From Candidatus Saccharimonadota bacterium (GTDB taxonomy: Bacteria; Patescibacteriota; Saccharimonadia; CAILAD01; GCA-016700035): a stretch of DNA of 64,000 nucleotides. Within the stretch, counting starts at the first letter, position 1. Each line of letters begins with the position of its first letter. The notes beneath the pieces were generated by a model, which did not search any database, was not told where the DNA came from, and saw only the letters and a list, made by a program, of their open reading frames with translations. Positions 57,294-64,000 of the stretch are shown piece after piece. Made by a program: the position numbers and the translations under genes. The stretch covers positions 340,790 through 404,789 of the forward strand of contig JAXLZV010000001.1 in the NCBI GenBank assembly GCA_046350755.1. Reading direction: 5' to 3'.

Positions 57294-58511
57294 ATGGAAA
57301 CTTACCACTACCAAGCCCGAGACCATACCGGCCGCATCGTCTCCGGAGACCAACCGGCCCTCAATAAAAAAGACGTTGTCGACGCCTTATTTTCTCGTGA
57401 TCTAACGCCGGTTACAATTGAGTCAAATACGGCTGGTAAGCCAATCAAGAAAATTCTTGGCTTTCTGCCGGCCGGACGAGTCCCGCTCAAAGAACGAGTT
57501 ATCTTCTCGCGCCAATTCTCGACCATGATTAGCGCCGGTATACCAATCGTCCGCTCACTTAATGTCCTCAAAGATCAGACCGAGAATAAAACCCTAGGCG
57601 CTGCCCTCCAGCAGGTTGCCAAAGATGTCGAGTCAGGCTCAACACTGTCGGACTCTTTAGTAAAATACCCAAAAATCTTTAGCCCAGTGTATGTTTCCAT
57701 GGTGCATGCCGGAGAGATTGGCGGCATTCTTGACGAAGTCCTCAATCGACTGGCTGATCAACTAGAAAAAGACTCTGAGCTGGTCAGTAAAGTCCGCGGT
57801 GCGATGGTCTATCCCTCAATGATCTTTGTAGTAATGATAGCGGCACTAATTTTTATTATGACGGTTGTGGTGCCACAGCTAAAAGTAGTATTTGACTCAA
57901 TTGATACAAAACTCCCCTGGAACACCCAGCTTCTCTTGGATCTATCCGATATTATGCAGAGTAAAGGCCTACTGATCGCTGGCGTGACCGTTGTCGTCGT
58001 AGTGTTTGGTATGCGCTTTGCCAAGCGCAACGATAAGGCTCGTCACGTCATTCACCGCATGCTCCTGCGGATCCCAGTTTTCGGTAGCGTCACCAAGAAG
58101 ATTAACATCGCTCGCTTTTCGCGTACGCTCGGGGCTCTACTGGGTTCAGGTATTCCCGTCCTCGAAGCACTCAAGGTCGTCGCCAATTCACTCACCAACG
58201 TCATTATGCAGGACGAGATAAAAGCATCGATCACAGATGTGAGAAACGGCGCTAGTCTCGCCAAGACCTTCCGAACGAGTAAGGTCTTTCCGCCGATTGT
58301 CCCTGAGATGATCGCGATCGGCGAGGAAACTGGTGAACTCGATAAGATTCTTTTGAAGTTGGCTGATTTCTATGATAAAGAAGTGCAGAGTTTAGTAGAA
58401 AATCTGTCGTCAATTATTGAACCTCTCATGCTGATCTTCATGGGTACAATCGTTGGCTTCATCATCGTAAGCGTGATTGGCCCGCTGTATGCACTATCCA
58501 GCGGATTCTAA
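57294..58511 (+). CDS. pilC: PilC/GspF platform protein
   Basis: FSRQFSTMISAG, GEIGG, AMVYP and GEETGELD motifs. Confidence 0.93.
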   Translation: METYHYQARDHTGRIVSGDQPALNKKDVVDALFSRDLTPVTIESNTAGKPIKKILGFLPAGRVPLKERVIFSRQFSTMISAGIPIVRSLNVLKDQTENKTLGAALQQVAKDVESGSTLSDSLVKYPKIFSPVYVSMVHAGEIGGILDEVLNRLADQLEKDSELVSKVRGAMVYPSMIFVVMIAALIFIMTVVVPQLKVVFDSIDTKLPWNTQLLLDLSDIMQSKGLLIAGVTVVVVVFGMRFAKRNDKARHVIHRMLLRIPVFGSVTKKINIARFSRTLGALLGSGIPVLEALKVVANSLTNVIMQDEIKASITDVRNGASLAKTFRTSKVFPPIVPEMIAIGEETGELDKILLKLADFYDKEVQSLVENLSSIIEPLMLIFMGTIVGFIIVSVIGPLYALSSGF

Positions 58512-58598
58512 TAAATTCGTTGACGTTAGAAAGCATAAGCGTCTATAATCGACCATGTATTAATAACACATAGTAAATTGGAGGATAATCCTTAAGTT

Positions 58599-59009
58599 AT
58601 GATTCAAGCACTTCGCAAGCAGAAGGGTTTTACCCTACTAGAACTGCTCATCGTCATCGTGATCATTGGTATTTTGATCGCGCTGGTGCTGCCAAACCTT
58701 ATCAATGGCCCTATCCGGGCGCGTGATGTACGTCGCAAAGAAGACCTTAACTCGATCTCGAGTGGTCTTGAGCAGTACTACAACGACAACCAGTCATACC
58801 CATCAGCGCTCACCGCTCTGACCGCGGGCGACTATCTCAAGACGATCCCACAAGATCCAAAGACCAAATCTGACTACACTTACAACCCGCTACCAGCCGG
58901 TGGCCCAGTGTATACCAGCTTTGAGCTCCAAGCTACGCTTGAGAATAAGAACGATAAAGAAATCAAGAGCGGTACAACCGACACCTACGAAGTTAAGAAC
59001 AAGCAGTAA
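58599..59009 (+). CDS. Type IV pilin
   Basis: KG-FTLLELLIVIVIIGIL prepilin motif; separate TTGACG-N17-TATAAT promoter and GGAGG SD. Confidence 0.92.
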   Translation: MIQALRKQKGFTLLELLIVIVIIGILIALVLPNLINGPIRARDVRRKEDLNSISSGLEQYYNDNQSYPSALTALTAGDYLKTIPQDPKTKSDYTYNPLPAGGPVYTSFELQATLENKNDKEIKSGTTDTYEVKNKQ

Positions 59010-59120
59010 ACCAAACTACGTTTCGCAAAGAGCCATCATTTCAGATGGCTCTTTGCTTTTGTAGAGTGCTTAAGCTTGATACAATAAGAAGGCAATCGTA
59101 AGCATGTTTATCACCACTTT

Positions 59121-60197
59121 ATGAACTTTCCTGTCATCTATAAAAAGCAGGCCTTATTTGGTCTTGATATCGGTCAACATACTGCCAAGTTCTTGCAGCT
59201 CAAACAAGCTGGGAAGAAATATGGCCTGGTTGGGCTTGGCTCGGTAACACTTGAAGATTCGATGGTTATTGAAGGAGTCATTGCTGAGCCAGAGCAACTT
59301 GCCAAAAAAATCACCGAAGCCCTTAAGCAGCCCGAACTAGGAAAGATTAACGCCCACAGTGTGGCAGCTGGCTTGCCTCAAGCCTATCTGTTCTCACGTA
59401 TCATCAACCTCCCCGCTATGCCGACAGACAAACTCGCCGAGGCAGTGCAATGGGAGGCCCAGCAGTACATACCGATGCCGATGACGGACATCTATCTAGA
59501 CTTTGAAATAGTTACTACCTTAAAAAATGACCGGGGGGAGATTCGCGAGTACGAAATACTGCTCGTCGCCGCCCCTCGGGCGATCATTGATAGCTATATG
59601 AAATTATTCGAGTTTATGCAATTAACGCCCCACAGTCTCGAAACCACACTCGCCGCCAATATCCGAGCCCTACATCCAAATGGTAGCGAAGATGCGGCTG
59701 TTGTCGTTATCGACTCTGGCTCGACCGCTACCGACATGGCAATTGTTACAAACGTCGTTCGCGTCACGACTACCATAGCTTTCGGGGGTGACGCCCTGAC
59801 CTATGATCTTACTCAACATCTCAAGATCGCTGAAGCCCACGCTATTGAAATCAAAAGTAAGTTTGGTATCGCGCCGTCCGGCTTACAAACAAAGATCATG
59901 GCGGCCGTACACCCACGTCTCAACACCCTCATCTCAGAAGTCCAAAAGCTCATCAAGTACTACCATGAGCGCGGTCAAACCGAAAAGACACAAAATATTC
60001 AGCGCATCCTACTCACCGGTGGAGTTTCACGCATGCCGGGCTTTGCAGAATACCTGTCAGCGCAAACAAAGCTACCGGTTGATATCTCGAGCCCCTGGGA
60101 TCATCAACCAGTGGCCAAATCTCAGCCGCTACCCCACACCACCGCCACTACCTACACAACGGCCTTTGGGCTAGCCCTGCGGGAGTTCGTCGAATGA
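59121..60197 (+). CDS. pilM: PilM
   Basis: GLDIG, EAQQYIP, IDSG and LTGG motifs. Confidence 0.92.
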   Translation: MNFPVIYKKQALFGLDIGQHTAKFLQLKQAGKKYGLVGLGSVTLEDSMVIEGVIAEPEQLAKKITEALKQPELGKINAHSVAAGLPQAYLFSRIINLPAMPTDKLAEAVQWEAQQYIPMPMTDIYLDFEIVTTLKNDRGEIREYEILLVAAPRAIIDSYMKLFEFMQLTPHSLETTLAANIRALHPNGSEDAAVVVIDSGSTATDMAIVTNVVRVTTTIAFGGDALTYDLTQHLKIAEAHAIEIKSKFGIAPSGLQTKIMAAVHPRLNTLISEVQKLIKYYHERGQTEKTQNIQRILLTGGVSRMPGFAEYLSAQTKLPVDISSPWDHQPVAKSQPLPHTTATTYTTAFGLALREFVE

Positions 60198-60748
60198 TTA
60201 ATCTACTGCCCCCATCTATCAAAGAGCAGCGTCGGTACGCCCAAATTAACCGTAAGCTCGTTAAGATTATCTGGCTCGTTGTTATCCTGATTGCAGCGAT
60301 CGGGGCGGTATTCGCATATAGCTGGTACGCGTTGGGTCAAAATATTGAGCGATTGGATGACAAGCTCGCCCAAGATACCAGCAGAAGTAAGAAATATGGA
60401 GCGATTGAGATCAATGCAAAAGCTTTAGCTGAGCGACTCAACACGATTGAGAAAATTCAAGCTGAGCGCAGCAATTATATCGCTCTCTTGCAAGAGCTAG
60501 CCGCCGTCACCCCAACTGATGTCTATGTAAATACTTTCGCCCTGGATACCACTGCCGGCACGATGAATCTCACGGCTTTTGCTCAGTCCGAGCAAGCCGC
60601 GGCCAACTTTAAAAATGCCATCGAAAGTTCGGCTCGTTTTCGATCGGCTGCCATCCAAGCTCTGACACCGGATAAAGATCCCTATAGCGGCCAATCTACC
60701 TATCGTCTAACCCTGACCGTCGGCCTGAAAGATGGAGCGCTCAAATGA
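60194..60748 (+). CDS. pilN: PilN
   Basis: MINLLP motif, TM segment and coiled coil. Confidence 0.88.
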   Translation: MINLLPPSIKEQRRYAQINRKLVKIIWLVVILIAAIGAVFAYSWYALGQNIERLDDKLAQDTSRSKKYGAIEINAKALAERLNTIEKIQAERSNYIALLQELAAVTPTDVYVNTFALDTTAGTMNLTAFAQSEQAAANFKNAIESSARFRSAAIQALTPDKDPYSGQSTYRLTLTVGLKDGALK

Positions 60749-61302
60749 AAGCCAAAACTTTTTTCCTATTCCTGTGCGCCTTGCTGGTTATCTTGATTGT
60801 TGGTGGCGGTGCTGCATATTATTGGGGACATCAACAGCTGACTGCCCAGAAGGAAAAGGTCAACAAAAAACAACTTGACTTAAGCGATAGTCAGAAACGC
60901 ACCAGCCAGCTAATTGAGCTGTCCCGCAAATATGAAGAGGCCAATGCCCGGATTGACGATATCGATCGGGCTTTGCCGCGCGACTCTAAGCAGGCCGAGA
61001 TGCTATTGGAGATCCGTGATGCCGCAGCGGCTAGCGGTGTGCGCGTCGCCAGTCTGCAATTTACTGGCGCTGCCACCCCAAAAAATCCGAATACCAATCA
61101 AGCCCTCATCCAGAAAGACCTGTACGTCTTGCCAATCAGTTTGCGCCTCGGCGGTAGCTATCCACAGCTCATCACCTTCCTCGAGAAACTGAACAAACTG
61201 GGCCGCCTGAATTCGGTTACCAACCTCACCACCAGCAAGACTATCACGAGCCCCGATCAGCTCGACATCACCATGAATCTCGTAGCATACTTAAAGCCAT
61301 AA
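60745..61302 (+). CDS. pilO: PilO
   Basis: ALP, GSYPQLITFL..L..L.R motifs; operon position. Confidence 0.85.
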   Translation: MKAKTFFLFLCALLVILIVGGGAAYYWGHQQLTAQKEKVNKKQLDLSDSQKRTSQLIELSRKYEEANARIDDIDRALPRDSKQAEMLLEIRDAAAASGVRVASLQFTGAATPKNPNTNQALIQKDLYVLPISLRLGGSYPQLITFLEKLNKLGRLNSVTNLTTSKTITSPDQLDITMNLVAYLKP

Positions 61303-61312
61303 GCAATCTACC

Positions 61313-61630
61313 ATGAAAAAGCTCAACCTCAACATGAAACTCTCTGGCGACATCGGCTCAATGCTCAAGCCTATACTCAAGTATGCTGGAGTGATTGCGG
61401 TACTCGTGGTCGGCGGCCTGATCGCCTACACGGCCTTTTTTGTCACCAATCTCTTTTACTCTAATGGCGACTTGTCAAAGCTGGAAGAGAAACAGTCCGA
61501 GAGTAGTCAACAAAAGCAAATCCGATTTAATCAAAAAACTTTAGATTCACTGAAGACACTCACTCCAGCCGACTCACAGCCAAATACTGCCGACGTCGGC
61601 AAACAAAATCCGTTCTCACCAAATAACTAA
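61313..61630 (+). CDS. PilP-like small protein
   Basis: TM segment and GKQNPF end; follows pilO. Confidence 0.6.
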   Translation: MKKLNLNMKLSGDIGSMLKPILKYAGVIAVLVVGGLIAYTAFFVTNLFYSNGDLSKLEEKQSESSQQKQIRFNQKTLDSLKTLTPADSQPNTADVGKQNPFSPNN

Positions 61631-62289
61631 CGAGCAAATGGCGGTCGGCCAGGACCACGCCGACGAGTATTATCACGATCAATATCGGGCTCGGCTACCG
61701 GCGTCGTGATTAAGCCATCACCTTCGATTGGCTTGGTTTCAGCAAATTTTTCATAAATACCAACCAAATAGGCCTTTACTTCATAGGGGTCAGGCACATA
61801 ATCAAAGTGAAAAAGTTCTTTCTCGCCGGCTGTCTGTACGGTCACGGTCCCATAATGGAATATCGTCTGCATTGGCCCTTTCACCTTAACCGATATATCC
61901 TGCACGCGACTCAACCGCAACGTTGCGATTGTCCGCTGAAATAAGCCTATCTGATCCATGTCGACGATATTCTCGTCAGTAATAAACAGCTTGTTATTGC
62001 GCCATACCGATAATGAAGCTAGGCCAATGAAGGCAGCGATAAACACTAAGAGGAAACCGATTGGTGCCAGCGGCACGTAGAGTGCCTTGGTTTCAAGCCC
62101 GGCGATCGGCTGCGAGGGCAATGTCCAAGCACCGGCCGCACCAGCATAAACGCAAATCAAACCAACCAGAAACACTACCACCGCCACCGCGAGGTATGGT
62201 AACACCGCTAAGAAGTGTTTATGAATAACCCGCTGCACAACTTCATCTTCATCCTGCCCGGGGTAGCGCTCAATTACTGTATCGCTCAT
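61627..62289 (-). CDS. bPH_2-domain membrane protein
   Basis: Two TM segments, ITDENI, VQDISV and YGTVTVQTAG motifs. Confidence 0.75.
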   Translation of the reverse strand: MSDTVIERYPGQDEDEVVQRVIHKHFLAVLPYLAVAVVVFLVGLICVYAGAAGAWTLPSQPIAGLETKALYVPLAPIGFLLVFIAAFIGLASLSVWRNNKLFITDENIVDMDQIGLFQRTIATLRLSRVQDISVKVKGPMQTIFHYGTVTVQTAGEKELFHFDYVPDPYEVKAYLVGIYEKFAETKPIEGDGLITTPVAEPDIDRDNTRRRGPGRPPFAR

Positions 62290-62303
62290 AGCTGTATTCT
62301 ACG

Positions 62304-63368
62304 TTATTTCTCGAGGTCAAGCGAGGTCTGCGAGCTGTCACTGGTGGCAGGTGGCTCAACTCCGAGGTGTAAGTAAGCCTTGCGACTGACCGCTCGACCG
62401 CGTGGGGTACGTCGCAAGAGTCCGATTTGAATGAGATACGGCTCGATGACATCCTCGATGGTTTGACGCTCCTCTGAGAGGGCAGCCGCTAAGGCTTCTA
62501 CACCTGCCGGACCACCGCCATAGTGCTCGATCAACGTCATGAGTACTCGTCGATCACCGCTATCAAGTCCTAGCTCATCGACTTCTAGTAGCGCAAAGGC
62601 GGCGGTTAAGACATCAGCATCGACCTTAGCTTCATTATGAACTTCTGCGTAGTCACGAATACGCTTAATTAATCGATTGGCGATGCGCGGCGTGAGACGT
62701 GAGCGAGCCGCTAGCTGCGTCAATGCATCGTCACCGATTTGAATCTGCATAATTCGCGCCGTTCGCCCGAGAATCTGAGCAATTTCCGCTGGCGTATAAA
62801 ACTCCAGCCGCTGCACGAGACCAAAGCGGTCCCGCAGCGGGCCGGAAAGCGCGCCGTAACGGGTAGTCGCGCCAATGATCGTGATCGGTGCCAGCTCTAA
62901 GCGCAGCGACTGAGCGGCCGGCCCCTTACCAAGCATGATATCAATCGCATAATCTTCCATGGCTGGGTACAGAATCTCCTCGACCGTCCGACTCAAACGA
63001 TGAATCTCGTCTATAAACAGCACATCACCAGCGTTGAGATTCGTCAGCAAGCTGGCCAAATCGCCGGCTCGCTCAATGGCTGGGCCAGACGTGATCTTGA
63101 GTTGACTCCCCAACTCACTGGCAACGATGTGCGCTAACGTGGTTTTACCGAGTCCAGGCGGACCATACAGCAAGACATGATCAAGCGCATCACCACGCTT
63201 TGTAGCAGCCGCGATAGCTAACCGCAAACTATCAATCGTCTGCCGCTGACCAACATACTCGTCAAAATTCTGTGGTCGCAACTTTTCTTCATAGGCGGTT
63301 TCGTCAGGCTGCACGATGGGGTCTGTAACGTCTTCGGCGGGGATAAAATCGTCCTGTCGTTCAATCAT
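62304..63368 (-). CDS. ruvB: Holliday junction helicase RuvB
   Basis: LRP, GPPGLGKTTLA, FIDEIHRL and RTPRGR motifs. Confidence 0.97.
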   Translation of the reverse strand: MIERQDDFIPAEDVTDPIVQPDETAYEEKLRPQNFDEYVGQRQTIDSLRLAIAAATKRGDALDHVLLYGPPGLGKTTLAHIVASELGSQLKITSGPAIERAGDLASLLTNLNAGDVLFIDEIHRLSRTVEEILYPAMEDYAIDIMLGKGPAAQSLRLELAPITIIGATTRYGALSGPLRDRFGLVQRLEFYTPAEIAQILGRTARIMQIQIGDDALTQLAARSRLTPRIANRLIKRIRDYAEVHNEAKVDADVLTAAFALLEVDELGLDSGDRRVLMTLIEHYGGGPAGVEALAAALSEERQTIEDVIEPYLIQIGLLRRTPRGRAVSRKAYLHLGVEPPATSDSSQTSLDLEK

Positions 63369-63922
63369 CGCCCGAGCTCCTTCAGAGCCGCTCGCACCCG
63401 TTCACCGGTGTCCGCTGAGCCGTCACCGGCTTCCAGCGCCCTCACTGCTTGCTCATGACGATAACCAAGCTGCACCAAGGCTTGAATAGCTGGATCCTCA
63501 CGAGCTACCGAACTGCCACTGGTTGCCACGAGTTTACCCTTCAGCTCAAGAATAATCCGCTGAGCCGTTTTCTTACCGACTCCACTGACCTGCGTGAGTC
63601 GCGTCACATCCTCGTCATCAATGAGGCTAGACAGGGTCGCAACATCATAGACTGACAGAATCCCGTGGGCCATCTTCGCCCCCACACCGTTCACGGTCAC
63701 AAGCTTGAGGTACAATCCCCGCTCAGCCACCGTTAAAAAACCATATAGCTCGTAGGCATCATCACGAATATTTTCGGCCACATACACCAGTAATTCCTGA
63801 CCCTCAATTAGACTCGCTGCATCACGAGCTGGTACTGCTAATTCGTAACCCACCCCGTGCACATCAAGAATCACCCGATCGAGCTCGCGCGTCGAAACTA
63901 TCCCCTTGAGCAGCGCTATCAT
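63365..63922 (-). CDS. ruvA: Holliday junction protein RuvA
   Basis: GVGYE, LYGF, GVGKKTAQRIILELK and ALVQLGY motifs. Confidence 0.96.
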   Translation of the reverse strand: MIALLKGIVSTRELDRVILDVHGVGYELAVPARDAASLIEGQELLVYVAENIRDDAYELYGFLTVAERGLYLKLVTVNGVGAKMAHGILSVYDVATLSSLIDDEDVTRLTQVSGVGKKTAQRIILELKGKLVATSGSSVAREDPAIQALVQLGYRHEQAVRALEAGDGSADTGERVRAALKELGR

Positions 63923-64000
63923 GTTTTCATTATATCAGCCAAAGGGTATACTTGAGGCCAATTCAGCAATTTGCCTGAAGCCGCACCTACACACTCTGGA

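Noticed and set aside
1-64000. Genome-wide TAG or TGA reassignment
   Set aside because: Conserved genes end at their natural C-termini with TAG (rny, pcm, ppa) and TGA (pyk, hisS, ruvA), so code 11 fits.
1-64000. CRISPR array or rRNA
   Set aside because: No regularly spaced repeat-spacer array and no rRNA-like sequence seen.

Overview
The window looks like a chromosomal segment of a Patescibacteria/CPR bacterium, probably Saccharibacteria-like. This is inferred from gene content, short TsaB, the pilB-C-pilin-M-N-O cluster and mostly leaderless genes. Housekeeping genes include pcrA (partial), ppa, tpiA, pyk, a divergent enolase, pgk, hisS, rny, ymdB, HU, tsaE/B, ruvA/B and a type IV pilus cluster, plus 8 tRNAs, a heliorhodopsin and two two-component systems. 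The main feature is an AT-richer element of about 11.1 kb (11703-22835) integrated at the 3' end of tRNA-Glu. It encodes a large serine recombinase whose attP lies inside its own ORF, a Replic_Relax-like protein, a VirD4/TrwB-like coupling ATPase, a FicTA pair, an XRE regulator, a PLD nuclease and a diversity-generating retroelement (DGR). The DGR has a 178-bp TR/VR pair with 27 of 32 mismatches at template adenines, an RT and a FISUMP-domain target. It has no avd gene, a RelBE/DinJ-YafQ-type pair sits between target and RT, and the TR lies downstream of the RT behind a structured RNA leader. Other oddities: scattered GC-rich orphan genes with Shine-Dalgarno sites, an SCO2522-like gene coupled to a 7TM kinase, a candidate CAGCA-loop sRNA, and two genes broken by single in-frame TAG codons. 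All assignments are by eye; no searches were run.
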